Assembly (NCBI GenBank): GCA_035307625.1
Contig: DATGHY010000358.1
Coordinates: 2,031-66,030, forward strand
DNA: 64,000 nucleotides
Direction: 5' to 3'
From: Actinomycetota bacterium
GTDB lineage: Bacteria; Actinomycetota; AC-67
Below, one piece after another: positions 1-10,703 of the stretch; position 1 is the first letter of the stretch; every line of letters begins with the position of its first letter. Under the pieces are notes generated by a model. It made no database searches and was not told the DNA's origin. It saw only the letters and a list, made by a program, of their open reading frames with translations. The position numbers were made by a program, and so were the translations under genes.

Positions 1-324
1 GAATCGGTGGATGTGCCGCTCGCTGAGGTAGCTGTACGACATCAGGGTCACGATCGTGACGGTGAACAGCAGGATCATCGTGGTGAATGTGCTCACGCCG
101 TCGACCGCGACCATCCCCTGCATGCCGACGATCTTCTTCCCCGCCAAGATGAACGTGAGGTACGACGCGGCACCGATCGTCGCCAGCGTCATCCCGGCGA
201 GTACGCCGCGGTTGATGCGGCGATAGATCGCCCCCGCCATCAACGTGACGACGGCACCGCCGCTCAACGCAAGCGCCGGGCCGATCGCGCGCCACGCGAT
301 CGCGGGAGCCTGCGTGATCGGCAC
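1..324 (-). CDS. nuoN: NADH-quinone oxidoreductase subunit N, N-terminal part only (gene runs off the window start)
   Basis: Reverse-strand frame directly downstream of the nuoM stop encodes a hydrophobic N-terminus (..PITQAPAIAWRAIGPALSGGAVVTLMAGAIY..). Position fits nuoA-N synteny. Possible GTG start overlapping the nuoM stop. Absent from the ORF track because no stop lies inside the window. Confidence 0.5.
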   Translation of the reverse strand, partial: MPITQAPAIAWRAIGPALALSGGAVVTLMAGAIYRRINRGVLAGMTLATIGAASYLTFILAGKKIVGMQGMVAVDGVSTFTTMILLFTVTIVTLMSYSYLSERHIHRF

Positions 325-1832
325 TACTTGCCTCCCAACGACAACGTGGACGTCGTGTTGGCCTGCTGCACGCGTTGCACGACGGTCGACAGCGAGGGTC
401 CCATCCGGTCGAGGAACGGCTTCGGATACACACCGATCAACACGATCATCGCCAGGATCGGCGCGATGACCAGCTTCTCGCGGCGGTCGAGGTCGAGGAT
501 GTGCTTGTTCTCTTCCTTCACGACCGGCCCGTGCCAGACGCGCTGGTACGCCCACAGCAGGTAGACGGCCGCAAGGATCACGCCGAGCGCGCCGATCACA
601 GACCACAACCGATGCGCGGTGAACGACCCGATCAACACCAGGAACTCACCGACGAACCCGTTCAGGCCCGGCAGCCCGAGCGACGAAAGCGTGACGATGA
701 GGAAGATGCCACCGAAGATCGGCATGATCGCGCCAAGGCCGCCGAAGTCTTCGATGAGCCTTGTGTGACGCCGCTCGTACAACATGCCGACCAATAAGAA
801 GAGCCCGCCGGTTGAGACCCCGTGGCTGATCATCTGCAAGCTGGCGCCCTGCAAGCTCGTCAAACTGAACGCGAAGATGCCGAGGACCACGAAACCGAGG
901 TGCGCGACGCTCGAGTATGCGACGAGACGTTTCAAGTCGCGTTGGACCGTCGCAACGAGCGCGCCATAGATGATCCCGATCAACGCCAACGTGACCACCC
1001 AGGGCGCGAACTCCTTCGCCGCGTGCGGGAACAGTGACACCGCGTAACGCAGGAACCCGTATGCACCGAGCTTCAGCAGCACGCCGGCCAGGATCACGCT
1101 GCCCGCCGTCGGCGCTTCGGTGTGCGCATCGGGTAACCACGTATGGACGGGGAACAGCGGCACCTTGATCGCGAACGCGGCGAAGAACGCCAAGAACAAC
1201 CACCGCTGCAGTGCCACGCTGAGGTGCACGCTTTGGATCTGTGCCAGGTCGAACGTGAAGTGGTGGAGCTGGCCCGAGGCGTGGAACGCCAGCACCAAGA
1301 TCCCGGCGAACATCAGCAAGCCGCCGAGCAGCGTGTAGATGAAGAACTTCACGGCGGCATAGATGCGACGCTCGTAGCCCCAGTACCCGATGAGGAAGTA
1401 CATCGGGACGAGCATCCCTTCCCAGAACACATAGAAGAGGAGCAGGTCCCCGGCGAGGAAGACGCCGACCACGGCGGTCTCGAGCGCGAGCAGCAAGCCC
1501 ATGAAGAGCTTGGGGCTCTTGTCGACCTTCCAGGACGCGAGGACGCAGATCGGGATCAAGAACGTTGTCAGGAGCACCAGGAACAAACTGATGCCATCGA
1601 CACCAAGCTTGTAAGTCGCACCGAATGCCGGGATCCAGCGATGCTGCTCGACCATCTGCATCCCGGCTTGGCCGGTGTGGAAGCTGGCGAGCATGCCGAG
1701 CGAGAACGCGAAGGCGACGATCGATGCGAACAGCGTCCACCCGCGGATCAGGGCCGGCCTGCTGTTCGGGAAGACGGCGAGGACAACGGCGCCGGCGAGC
1801 GGCGTCCAGAGAACCCAGCTGAGCCACGCCAT
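324..1832 (-). CDS. nuoM: NADH-quinone oxidoreductase subunit M
   Basis: 502 aa polytopic membrane protein with motif FYVFWEGMLVPMYFLIGYWG; follows nuoL in operon order. Confidence 0.93.
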   Translation of the reverse strand: MAWLSWVLWTPLAGAVVLAVFPNSRPALIRGWTLFASIVAFAFSLGMLASFHTGQAGMQMVEQHRWIPAFGATYKLGVDGISLFLVLLTTFLIPICVLASWKVDKSPKLFMGLLLALETAVVGVFLAGDLLLFYVFWEGMLVPMYFLIGYWGYERRIYAAVKFFIYTLLGGLLMFAGILVLAFHASGQLHHFTFDLAQIQSVHLSVALQRWLFLAFFAAFAIKVPLFPVHTWLPDAHTEAPTAGSVILAGVLLKLGAYGFLRYAVSLFPHAAKEFAPWVVTLALIGIIYGALVATVQRDLKRLVAYSSVAHLGFVVLGIFAFSLTSLQGASLQMISHGVSTGGLFLLVGMLYERRHTRLIEDFGGLGAIMPIFGGIFLIVTLSSLGLPGLNGFVGEFLVLIGSFTAHRLWSVIGALGVILAAVYLLWAYQRVWHGPVVKEENKHILDLDRREKLVIAPILAMIVLIGVYPKPFLDRMGPSLSTVVQRVQQANTTSTLSLGGK

Positions 1833-3796
1833 CAGCGAACCGCCCTCGCGACGAAGAAGGCGATCAGCAGCACGCCGCCGCCGAGGATCCCGAGCGCGTA
1901 CGAGCGCACGAATCCGGTCTGGAGCCGGCGGCCCGCGGCAGCGACCTTGGTCGTTACCGTGCCGAGCTCGTTGACGGCCCCGTCGATGACCTTCGCATCA
2001 ACGACGAAAGCGAGCGCCGTCGCGGCCAGCATGCCGACGCTCGTGAAGAGGAACTGGTACACGTCGTCGACGAAGAACTTGTTACGAAGCGCGCGCCATG
2101 CAAGCCCTGGGTTCTGCCGGCGGCGCTCCCAGTCCCACGCGCCGGTTGCGTACAAGCCGAACGCGACGGCGGCGCCCCCGAGGCCCGCGGCCGTCGCGAT
2201 GCCGGAGAGCGCGCCGGCCGACAAGCCGCCGTCGCGATGAGGCATCAGACTGAGGGCGTGAGCGGGCTCTATGTGGCCCGACACGGCGGCTGCCGAGACC
2301 GGCTGAACCGACGGGTCGAGGAAGTGCGCCAGACGGCCGCCCTCGCCGTTCCCGTTGATCAGGAAGCCGCCGATGATCGCCGCGATTGCGAGGAGCACCA
2401 TCGGGAAGATCATCGAGACCGGCGACTCGTGCGGGTGTTGATCTTCCGTGTCGCGGCTCTTGCCGAAGAACGCCAGCCACAGCAGGCGCGTCATGTAGAA
2501 CCCGGTGATCGCAGCGCCGATGACACCGATGATCCAGATCGTCGTGTGACCCGCGCCGTACGCGCCTTCGAGGACCTGGTCCTTCGAGAAGAACCCAGAT
2601 GTGCCGGGGAAAGCGATGATCGCAAGCCAGCCGAGCACAAAGACAAATGCCGTCCAGGGGATCTTCCGCCAGAGCCCGCCCATCTTCGTGATGTCCCCGC
2701 GGTCGTGGAGCGCGTGCAGAACGCTGCCTGCGGCGAGGAACAGCAACGCCTTGAAGAATGCGTGCGTGACGAGATGGAACATGCCGGCGACGTATGCGCC
2801 CGAACCGACGCCGATGAACATGTAACCGAGCTGCGAGATCGTCGAGTAGGCGAGCACGCGCTTGATGTCGTCCTGCGCGATCGCGATCAACCCTGCCATC
2901 AGCATCGTCGCCGCGCCGATGGACGCAACCACAACGGCGGCGCTGTGGCCGAGGTCGTAGATCACATGCGCGCGCGCAACCATGTACACGCCGGCGGTCA
3001 CCATCGTGGCAGCGTGGATCAGCGCGCTGACCGGCGTCGGACCCATCATCGCGTCGGGCAGCCAGACGTACAGCGGGATCTGCGCGCTCTTGCCTGCCGC
3101 GCCGCCGAACAGCAAGAGTCCGATCGCAGTCGCGGTTCCGGCAGTGATCAGGCCCGGCGCGCTCGAAAATACCGCGCCGAAATCCAACGTATGGAAGTGC
3201 ACGAAGATCAGGAACAAGCCGATGACGAATGAGAAATCGCCGACGCGGTTCGTGATAAAGGCCTTCTTCGCCGCGGAAGCTGCTTCCTCGCGATCGAACC
3301 AGAAGCCGATCAGCAGATAGGAGCAAAGCCCGACAAGCTCCCAGCCGACGAACATGATCAGGAAGTTGTTCGCCATAACGAGCAGCAGCATCGAGAACGC
3401 GAACAGGTTCAAGTACTGGAAGTAACGCCCCTCGCGCGGATCACCGCGCATGTATCCGATCGAGTAGAGATGGATCAGCGTGCCCACGCCGGTGACGACG
3501 AGCATCATCGTGATCGACAGCGGATCGATCCGATAGTCCACGTTCACGTTGAAACCACCGGCATGGAAGAACGTGTAAATCGTGTGCACGAACGAGCGGC
3601 TCTCCGCGGGCCTTCCCACGATGCGGAAGAACGTGATCCCCGACACGACGAACGACGCCGTCATCATCAACGTCGCGATCGGGCCGGCCGCGCGCTTCAT
3701 GCGCTGGCCCCAGAGCATCAGAACGATCGAGCCGGCCGCCGGGAACAGCAGCACCAGCCAATCGGTACGGACGATCGACGGCACGGCCGCTACCAC
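1832..3796 (-). CDS. nuoL: NADH-quinone oxidoreductase subunit L
   Basis: 654 aa antiporter-like subunit, typical NuoL length and TM pattern, adjacent to nuoK and nuoM. Confidence 0.93.
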   Translation of the reverse strand: MVAAVPSIVRTDWLVLLFPAAGSIVLMLWGQRMKRAAGPIATLMMTASFVVSGITFFRIVGRPAESRSFVHTIYTFFHAGGFNVNVDYRIDPLSITMMLVVTGVGTLIHLYSIGYMRGDPREGRYFQYLNLFAFSMLLLVMANNFLIMFVGWELVGLCSYLLIGFWFDREEAASAAKKAFITNRVGDFSFVIGLFLIFVHFHTLDFGAVFSSAPGLITAGTATAIGLLLFGGAAGKSAQIPLYVWLPDAMMGPTPVSALIHAATMVTAGVYMVARAHVIYDLGHSAAVVVASIGAATMLMAGLIAIAQDDIKRVLAYSTISQLGYMFIGVGSGAYVAGMFHLVTHAFFKALLFLAAGSVLHALHDRGDITKMGGLWRKIPWTAFVFVLGWLAIIAFPGTSGFFSKDQVLEGAYGAGHTTIWIIGVIGAAITGFYMTRLLWLAFFGKSRDTEDQHPHESPVSMIFPMVLLAIAAIIGGFLINGNGEGGRLAHFLDPSVQPVSAAAVSGHIEPAHALSLMPHRDGGLSAGALSGIATAAGLGGAAVAFGLYATGAWDWERRRQNPGLAWRALRNKFFVDDVYQFLFTSVGMLAATALAFVVDAKVIDGAVNELGTVTTKVAAAGRRLQTGFVRSYALGILGGGVLLIAFFVARAVR

Positions 3797-4089
3797 TTAA
3801 AGAGCCTCGCGTCGTCGACCGAGGCCGACTGCTTGCGCCGGAATATCGCCACGATGATCGCAAGCCCCACGACCACTTCGGCCGCGGCGACGGCGATCAC
3901 GAAGAATGCCAGCACCTGACCGTCGAGCGTCCCGCTCATGCGCGCGAACGTGATGAACGTGAGGTTGACCGCGTTCAGCATCAACTCGATCGACATGAAG
4001 ATGATCAGTGCGTTTCGCCGCATAAGTACGCCGAGCGTGCCGATCGAGAACAGGATCGCGCCGACGATGAGGTACGCGCCCGGCGCCAT
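3790..4089 (-). CDS. nuoK: NADH-quinone oxidoreductase subunit K
   Basis: 99 aa, 3-TM protein ([34 protein letters not shown]), typical NuoK. Confidence 0.9.
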   Translation of the reverse strand: MAPGAYLIVGAILFSIGTLGVLMRRNALIIFMSIELMLNAVNLTFITFARMSGTLDGQVLAFFVIAVAAAEVVVGLAIIVAIFRRKQSASVDDARLFKW

Positions 4090-4625
4090 CAGGCGTCCTC
4101 GTCTTCCGGTTCCGTCTCGGCCGGCGCGCGTCGCTTGCCGATAACCATCGCCCCGATCGCTGCAACGATCAGCAGGAGGGATGTGACCTCGAATGGGAAG
4201 AGATAGTGGGTGAAGAGCAGACGGCCGAGCCCTTGGGTGTTGCCAGACGCGTTCGCCTGCGACAAACCGGCGAACGTCGTCTTATCGAAGGCTGCTCGGA
4301 TGGTGTAGATCAGAACGGCGAGAAGCCCGGAAACGAAGAGCACCGCAAGTGGGAGTTGGAACGGGATCGTCTCACGGTACCGATCCTTCCGATCGACGCC
4401 GAGCAGCATGATCACGAACAAGAAGAGCACCATGATCGCGCCCGCGTACACGATGATCTGGACGATGGCGAGAAAGTGCGCTTCAAGGAGAACGTAGAAC
4501 ACGGCCAGCATGAAGAAATTGGCGACGAGGGCGATCGCGCTGTGAACAGTGTTCTCGCCAAGGATCATCCAACCCGCGCTCCCGATCGCGCCGAGCGTGG
4601 CGATGAAGAACACGACCCGTTCCAC
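4089..4625 (-). CDS. nuoJ: NADH-quinone oxidoreductase subunit J
   Basis: 178 aa hydrophobic protein between nuoI and nuoK; NuoJ-like N-terminus and acidic C-terminal tail. Confidence 0.88.
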   Translation of the reverse strand: MERVVFFIATLGAIGSAGWMILGENTVHSAIALVANFFMLAVFYVLLEAHFLAIVQIIVYAGAIMVLFLFVIMLLGVDRKDRYRETIPFQLPLAVLFVSGLLAVLIYTIRAAFDKTTFAGLSQANASGNTQGLGRLLFTHYLFPFEVTSLLLIVAAIGAMVIGKRRAPAETEPEDEDA

Positions 4626-4647
4626 AGCCTCCCCCTCCTTTCCTTTC

Positions 4648-5223
4648 CTAGTGCGACCGGCGTGCTGCGCCGGGATGTTCCTCGTCCAGTCGAGCAGCCT
4701 CCGCCGACGATAGAACCGGCGTCGCCTGCGGTCCGCCGTAATAGTTGATTCCGCGCGCGCGCACTTCCTCGTCCGTGTGCGGCGCCGCCTTCGCTCCGGG
4801 CGGGAGTGAAGCGAGCAGCATCTCCTTGGTGAACACGAGCGCTTCGCGCGACGGCCGTGAGAGCTCGTACTCGGTCGTCATCGTGAGCGCGCGCGTCGGG
4901 CATGCCTCGATGCACAAGCCGCAGAAGATGCAGCGCGCGTAGCTGATCTGGTAGTCGACCGCGTAGCGCTCGCCGGGCGAGTAGCGCGCGCTCGGCGTGT
5001 TGTCGGCGCCTTGCACGAATATCGCGTCGGCCGGGCAGGCCCACGCGCACAGCTCGCAGCCGATGCACTTCTCGAGACCGTCCTCGTAGCGGTTCAACAG
5101 GTGCCGGCCGTGGTAGCGCGGCGACGTCGGCTTCTTCACTTCGGGGTACTGCGTCGTCACCGGGCGACGGAGCATGTTCCGCGCGGTAACGGAGAGCCCT
5201 CTCAGGATCTCAACGAGCGCCAC
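4648..5223 (-). CDS. nuoI: NADH-quinone oxidoreductase subunit I (2x[4Fe-4S] ferredoxin-type)
   Basis: Two CxxCxxCxxxCP motifs ([24 protein letters not shown]); operon position. Confidence 0.93.
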   Translation of the reverse strand: MALVEILRGLSVTARNMLRRPVTTQYPEVKKPTSPRYHGRHLLNRYEDGLEKCIGCELCAWACPADAIFVQGADNTPSARYSPGERYAVDYQISYARCIFCGLCIEACPTRALTMTTEYELSRPSREALVFTKEMLLASLPPGAKAAPHTDEEVRARGINYYGGPQATPVLSSAEAARLDEEHPGAARRSH

Positions 5224-6385
5224 GGAACCTCCTCGGCATGGGCAGCAGCTTCGAGGGGTTCAGCGTGCCGCGCGCGCGGAACGTGAACCACGCGGCCCAC
5301 CAAAGGAACAGGACGGCGAAGATCAATCCCACCGAAGCGGCCAGGGTCGTGCGGCTCACGTACTGCGGCAGCACAACCATCACGGCGGTGACCATCACCC
5401 AGACGACCGAAACCGGGATCAGGATCTTCCAACCGAAGCGCATCAGCTTGTCGTAACGGAACCGGGGCAGCGTCGCGCGCACCCATATGAACAGGAACAC
5501 CATCACGCCGAGCTTGACCATGAACCAGATCACGGGCCAGATCGGGCGGACGAACGGGATGATCGGGCCGCGCCACCCGCCGAGGAACAGCGTCACCGCG
5601 ATGGCCGAGGTCGTGATGACGTGCAGGTACTCGGCGAGGAAGAACATCGCGAACTTGATCCCCGAGTACTCGGTGTGGAAACCGGCGACGAGCTCCGTCT
5701 CGGCTTCGGGAAGGTCGAACGGCGCGCGGTTGGTCTCCGCGAGCCCGGCGACCATGAACACAAGGAAGGCCGGTAACTGGGCGAAGATGAACCAGTGCGG
5801 GATGATGTGCCCCCACGTGCCCGCTTGCGCGTTCACGATGCCTCGCGGCGACAGCGTTCCCGCGTACATCACAACGGCGATCACTGACAGGCCCATCCCA
5901 ACCTCGTACGAGATCATCTGCGCGCTCGAGCGCACGCCGCCAAGCAGCGGGTACACGCTGCCGCTCGACCATCCAGCGAGCACGACGCCGTAAACCATCA
6001 AGCTTCCCATCGCGAGGAAGAACAGGATCCCGACGTTGAGGTCGCTGAGCTGCAGCGTGATCACGCGGTGGCCGATCCGGAAGTCCTGACCAACCGGAAC
6101 GATCGCGAACGACATGAACGCGGGGATCATCGCCGCCAGTGGCGCGAGCATGTACGTCATCCCGTCGACACCGGCCGGACGGATGTCTTCCTTGAAGAAC
6201 AGCTTGATACCGTCGGCGAGAGCCTGCAGCAATCCGAACGGTCCCACGCGGTTCGGGCCGATCCGCTGCTGCATGATGGCGACTACACGCCTCTCGGCCC
6301 AGATCGTGAACATCACGCTGACGAGCAGGAAGCCGAACGCAACGAGAACCTTGATCGCGTCGATGATGATGCCGAGCCCGTCCAT
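5210..6385 (-). CDS. nuoH: NADH-quinone oxidoreductase subunit H
   Basis: 391 aa; N-terminus ..[29 protein letters not shown].. is the NuoH/ND1 signature. Confidence 0.93.
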   Translation of the reverse strand: MDGLGIIIDAIKVLVAFGFLLVSVMFTIWAERRVVAIMQQRIGPNRVGPFGLLQALADGIKLFFKEDIRPAGVDGMTYMLAPLAAMIPAFMSFAIVPVGQDFRIGHRVITLQLSDLNVGILFFLAMGSLMVYGVVLAGWSSGSVYPLLGGVRSSAQMISYEVGMGLSVIAVVMYAGTLSPRGIVNAQAGTWGHIIPHWFIFAQLPAFLVFMVAGLAETNRAPFDLPEAETELVAGFHTEYSGIKFAMFFLAEYLHVITTSAIAVTLFLGGWRGPIIPFVRPIWPVIWFMVKLGVMVFLFIWVRATLPRFRYDKLMRFGWKILIPVSVVWVMVTAVMVVLPQYVSRTTLAASVGLIFAVLFLWWAAWFTFRARGTLNPSKLLPMPRRFRGAR

Positions 6386-8805
6386 CAGCTCTCCGCCTTT
6401 TCGACCATCGCGGTCTCGCCGCTCCGTCCGCTGAATCCGGGATGAGCGGGAACGAACACCACGCCGCGCGCGACCGCATCGGTCAGGCGAACAGGGCCAC
6501 GCGCTTCACCCGCGGTGGTTCGAACGGAAACCTCGTCGCCGTCCGCCAAGCCGCGCGCGTCGTCGGGGTGGATCTCGATGCGGAGAGGAGCAGTGGTCTG
6601 AGCGAGCGCATCGGCGCCCAGCATCATCGTTCCGCCGTCGATGAGCGGCCTGCCCGTGGCGAGAGCCAGACCGCCGGGAGCAGGAGTCTCGATCTTCCCG
6701 ACTGTGACCGGGCGCGCCGCACTCGGCGTACCGAGTAAGGCTTTGATCTCTTTGTGGAGCGCTTCGAGCGTCTGAGGGAACTCGACACCGGCTTCGACCG
6801 CGATCTGCGCGATGATCTCGTAGTCGGACTGAGCGAGCCCGGCCGGAGGCACCGCCGCGCGCACGGGTTGCGGCCGCCCTTCCCAGTTGAGGATGGTGCC
6901 GTTGCGCTCGTAGACAGCCGCCGCCGGCAGAACGACGTCGGCGCGTTTCGATGACTCGGTAAGGAACAGATCCAGGGTCACGACGAACGGAGCGTCGTCG
7001 AGAGCGCGCGCGGCGAGCTCGCGGTCTTCGAAGTCCGTTGCGGGATCGACGCCCGCGAGGAGCAGCACACCGAGGCCCGACGCGCCCTGCAGGATGGCGT
7101 GCGCATCGCGGCCGCGCTTCGACGGCGGGTCGATCCCCCAGACCTCGCCGAATGCCGCGCGATCGTCGTCGTTCTCGACCGAGCGGCCGCCTGGAAGCAA
7201 GGCGGGGTGCAACCCGGCCCATGCCGCGCCACGCGCACCGGCTTTGCGCGGGATCCAGCCGAACTTGCCTCCGACCGCCGCGGTGATGTTCCACGCGAGC
7301 CCGAGGGCGCCGGGGATCGCGGCAAGCTGCTCGCCGGCGAGAACCACGACCGAGCCGTGCACGCCTTGCAACGCAGCGGCGATCTCCTGCGCCTCGGGCG
7401 TCGCCTCGACACCTTGCATCGCCGCGCGCGTGAACGGGTCTAAGCCGCTGTTCCCACGCGACTCCAGCGCGCGCGCAACGCCGGCAAGGAGCGCCGCCTC
7501 TGCACCCGGCCTGCATTGCGTCCACGTCGCGCCCTTCACCCGGCCCGCCGAACGGCGCGCGCCGATCTCCCGCACGGCGACGCCCTTACGTGCGGCCTTG
7601 CGCACGCGCAAGAAGACGATCGGCGATTCCTCGTGCAGGTCGACGCCGATCGTCACGACCAGCTTGGCCGAGTCGATGTCTTGATTCGTCGCCGTGATCG
7701 TCTTCGGGATCGCGGCGAGCACGCCGTCTTCATCTTCCCCGCCGATCGACCTGCGCGCATCGACGTCGTTCGTTGCCAGGACCGTCCGCGCGAACCGCGA
7801 CAGCGCGTACGCGTCTTCGTCGATCAGCTGCTGGCCGGCCAGTACCGCAGAGGCCTTGCCGGCTTCGCGCGCGGCCGTGATCTTCCCGGCGACGACCTCG
7901 ATGGCCTCTGCCCAGGACACTGCGACGAAGTCGCCGTTCTTCCGGACGAGCGGCTCTACGACGCGCTCAGGCCGCTGCGCGTACTGGTAACCGAACCGGC
8001 CCTTGTCGCACATCCACTCGTCGTTGACCTCGCGGTCGTCCTTCGCGAGCACCCGCACGAGCTCGCCGCGGCGCATCTGCGCCGTGATCCGGCAGCCGCT
8101 CGCACAGCGGTTGCACGTCGAATCGGCGCTCGTCATGTCGAACGGTCGCGCGCGGAACCGGAACGTCGACGACGTGAGAGCGCCGACCGGGCAGATCTGG
8201 ATCACGTTGCCGCTGAAGATGCTCTCGTACGGCTCGTCTTCGAAGATCGCCACCTGCTCCAGCGCACCGCGCTCGAACAGCTCGATGAACGGGTCACCGG
8301 CGATCTGGTCGCTGAATCGCGTGCAGCGCGCGCACAGCACGCATCGCTCCCGGTCGAGCTTCACCAACGGGCTGATGGGCACCGGCTTCGTGAAGCGCCG
8401 CTTCGGGTCGATGTAGCGCGAGCCGCCGGGGCCGTACGCTAGCGCCTGATCCTGGAGCGGGCACTCCCCGCCCTTGTCGCACATCGGGCAGTCGAGCGGG
8501 TGGTTGATCAACAGGAACTCGAGCACGCCTTCCTGGCCCTCGCGGGCGAGATCGCTCGCGAACTCCGTCTTCACGACCATGCCTTCAGCCACCGGCGTGG
8601 TGCACGCCGTCAGCGGCTTCCGCTGACCCTCGACCTCGACGAGACACTGGCGGCACGCTCCGAGCGGATCCAGGAGCGGGTGGTCGCAGAATCGCGGGAT
8701 GTACTTCCCGATCTCCTCCGCGGCACGGATGATGAGCGTCCCAGCGGGGACCGCGACGTCGACGCCGTCGATCGTCACGTTGACCGGCGCTTGCTCAGCG
8801 GTCAA
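6385..8805 (-). CDS. nuoG: NADH-quinone oxidoreductase subunit G (75 kDa Fe-S subunit)
   Basis: 806 aa; N-terminal 2Fe-2S/4Fe-4S cysteine clusters (CDHPLLDPLGACRQC.., CPMCDKGGEC) and molybdopterin-like C-terminal domain. Confidence 0.93.
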   Translation of the reverse strand: MTAEQAPVNVTIDGVDVAVPAGTLIIRAAEEIGKYIPRFCDHPLLDPLGACRQCLVEVEGQRKPLTACTTPVAEGMVVKTEFASDLAREGQEGVLEFLLINHPLDCPMCDKGGECPLQDQALAYGPGGSRYIDPKRRFTKPVPISPLVKLDRERCVLCARCTRFSDQIAGDPFIELFERGALEQVAIFEDEPYESIFSGNVIQICPVGALTSSTFRFRARPFDMTSADSTCNRCASGCRITAQMRRGELVRVLAKDDREVNDEWMCDKGRFGYQYAQRPERVVEPLVRKNGDFVAVSWAEAIEVVAGKITAAREAGKASAVLAGQQLIDEDAYALSRFARTVLATNDVDARRSIGGEDEDGVLAAIPKTITATNQDIDSAKLVVTIGVDLHEESPIVFLRVRKAARKGVAVREIGARRSAGRVKGATWTQCRPGAEAALLAGVARALESRGNSGLDPFTRAAMQGVEATPEAQEIAAALQGVHGSVVVLAGEQLAAIPGALGLAWNITAAVGGKFGWIPRKAGARGAAWAGLHPALLPGGRSVENDDDRAAFGEVWGIDPPSKRGRDAHAILQGASGLGVLLLAGVDPATDFEDRELAARALDDAPFVVTLDLFLTESSKRADVVLPAAAVYERNGTILNWEGRPQPVRAAVPPAGLAQSDYEIIAQIAVEAGVEFPQTLEALHKEIKALLGTPSAARPVTVGKIETPAPGGLALATGRPLIDGGTMMLGADALAQTTAPLRIEIHPDDARGLADGDEVSVRTTAGEARGPVRLTDAVARGVVFVPAHPGFSGRSGETAMVEKAES

Positions 8806-10078
8806 AGGGGCACCCGCCCTTCTCGATGTGATCCTTGTACTCGTTCGGGAAGAGCTTGATCGTCGACGTCACCGGCGCGATAGAGAAGTCGCCGAGCGCG
8901 CAGAAGGAGCGTCCCATGATGTTGCCTGCGACGTCGTCCATGATCGGCAGGTCTTCCATCCGGCCCCCGCCGTTCTCGAACCTCTCGAGCGTGTTCACCA
9001 TCCAGTACGTGCCCTCGCGGCATGGCGTGCACTTCCCGCACGACTCGTGCGCGTAGAAGCGCGTATAGCGAAGGGCTGCTCGGATCATGCACACGTCTTC
9101 GGCGAAGACGATGATCGCGCCCGTTCCGAGCAGCGAGCCCGCCGCCATCACGGACTCCCAGTCCATGTTCGTGTCGAGCTTGTCGGGACCGAAGAACTGG
9201 GTCGAGGATGCGCCGCCCGGCGTGAATGCCTTGAGCTTCTTCCCGCCCTTCACACCCCCGGCGAAACCTTCGATCAGCTCGCGGGCGGGCGTGCCGAAGG
9301 GGACCTCGTAGTTGCCGGGCCGCTCGACGTCGCCGGAGAGACAGAACACCTTCGTGCCGGGCGACTTCTCGGTGCCGAATCCCTTGAACCAGTCTGCGCC
9401 GTTGTTGATGATGTGAGGGACGCACGCGAACGTCTCGACGTTGTTCACGACGGTCGGCTTGGCGAACAGACCGTGCGTCGCGGGGAACGGCGGACGCAAG
9501 CGCGGCTGTCCACGGCGTCCTTCGATCGCTTCGAGGAGCGCGGTCTCTTCGCCGCAGATATACGCGCCGGCGCCCCGATGGATGATCAGGTCGAGGTCGT
9601 AGCCGGAGCCCATGATGTTCTTGCCGAGTATCCCGGCTTGGTACGCCTCGGCCGCAGCGCGCTCGAGCTGCCGCGCGGCATACGCGAATTCTCCGCGGCA
9701 GAAGATATACATCTCGTTGGAGCCGATGGAGTAGGCGCCGATCGCCATGCCTTCGATCAGCTGGTGTGGGTCGCGCTCTATCAGCTCGCGGTCCTTGAAC
9801 GTCCCCGGCTCGCCTTCGTCGGCGTTGCAGACGAGGTAGCTCGGCCGGATGTCCTTCGGGATGAAGCTCCACTTCGTGCCCGTCGGGAAGCCGGCACCGC
9901 CGCGGCCGCGCAGCCCCGAGGTCTTCACGATGTCGATGATCTGGTCGGGCGTCATCGACAGCGCCTTCTTCAATGCCTCGTACCCGCCGGTCTTGCGATA
10001 GCCGTCGAGGGTCGCGCCGTCGGGGGCGTCGAACCGCTGGGTGACGACCTTCGTTTGCTGCAGCGTCGAGGTGCTCAT
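8795..10078 (-). CDS. nuoF: NADH-quinone oxidoreductase subunit F (NADH/FMN-binding)
   Basis: Real start at internal ATG (MSTSTLQQT..), residue 111 of the 537-aa ORF, preceded by the nuoE stop. Contains the GLRGRGGAGFPTG FMN motif and C-terminal 4Fe-4S cysteines (CGKCTPCREG). Confidence 0.93.
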   Translation of the reverse strand: MSTSTLQQTKVVTQRFDAPDGATLDGYRKTGGYEALKKALSMTPDQIIDIVKTSGLRGRGGAGFPTGTKWSFIPKDIRPSYLVCNADEGEPGTFKDRELIERDPHQLIEGMAIGAYSIGSNEMYIFCRGEFAYAARQLERAAAEAYQAGILGKNIMGSGYDLDLIIHRGAGAYICGEETALLEAIEGRRGQPRLRPPFPATHGLFAKPTVVNNVETFACVPHIINNGADWFKGFGTEKSPGTKVFCLSGDVERPGNYEVPFGTPARELIEGFAGGVKGGKKLKAFTPGGASSTQFFGPDKLDTNMDWESVMAAGSLLGTGAIIVFAEDVCMIRAALRYTRFYAHESCGKCTPCREGTYWMVNTLERFENGGGRMEDLPIMDDVAGNIMGRSFCALGDFSIAPVTSTIKLFPNEYKDHIEKGGCPFDR

Positions 10079-10683
10079 CAGCGCGGCGCCTCCGCACCCG
10101 ACAGCCGGTGGTTGACGGGGCCGAACTCCTGCGGGACCTCGCCGCGCGCGCCCGGCGGAGGCTGCTCGCCCTGATGCAACTTCTTCACGAGGTCGACCGC
10201 GTCGTCGACGGTCATGCGTTCGTAGTTCTCGTAGTTGATGCTGAACACCGGAGCACCGTCGCACGCGCAGAGGCACTCGACCTCTTCGAGCGACACATCG
10301 CCGGCGGTTTCGCCGCACGCGATACCGAGCTCTTGCTCGAGTCGTTCCTGCAGCTGCTTCCCGCCGGCAAGCGCGCACGAAGGATGCGTGCACACGCTCA
10401 CGAGCCACTTCCCTTGCGGGTCTCGTTTGAACATCGTGTAGAAGGTCGCCACAGCGCCGACCTGCGCGCGCGTGAGACCGAGCAGATCGCCGATCTCGCG
10501 CATCGCCGCCGGTGACACGAAGCCCTGCTCTGCTTGTGCGAGGTACAGCATCGGCAGCAGCGCGCTCCGTGACTGGCCGGCCGGATAGCGCGCGATCAGC
10601 TTGCGCGCTTCCTCGTGGAACCGCTGCGAGAGCGGCGGCGCGTCGACGTGCTCGTGCGCCTTCCCCATGAGCGGCGTGTCCAT
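10078..10683 (-). CDS. nuoE: NADH-quinone oxidoreductase subunit E (24 kDa, 2Fe-2S)
   Basis: Thioredoxin-like 2Fe-2S motifs (CTHPSCALAGG, CLCACDGAP). Start taken at ATG 10681-10683 (MDTPLMGKAH..) just after the nuoD stop. An alternative ATG lies at 10668. Confidence 0.85.
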   Translation of the reverse strand: MDTPLMGKAHEHVDAPPLSQRFHEEARKLIARYPAGQSRSALLPMLYLAQAEQGFVSPAAMREIGDLLGLTRAQVGAVATFYTMFKRDPQGKWLVSVCTHPSCALAGGKQLQERLEQELGIACGETAGDVSLEEVECLCACDGAPVFSINYENYERMTVDDAVDLVKKLHQGEQPPPGARGEVPQEFGPVNHRLSGAEAPR

Positions 10684-10703
10684 CCAGCGCCCTTGGATGT
10701 CCG

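Noticed and set aside
7-3326. Long ORFs antisense or out of frame to nuoN/M/L (7..564 +, 646..1827 -, 1143..2240 +, 2082..3326 -, 2237..3232 +)
   Set aside because: The proteins are Arg/Pro/Gly-rich GC-frame artefacts with no motifs. The overlapping frames encode unmistakable Nuo subunits.
8795-10408. 537-aa version of nuoF with a 110-residue Arg-rich N-terminal extension
   Set aside because: The extension overlaps nuoE coding sequence in another frame. The conserved NuoF N-terminus begins at the internal ATG (MSTSTLQQ..), immediately after the nuoE stop.
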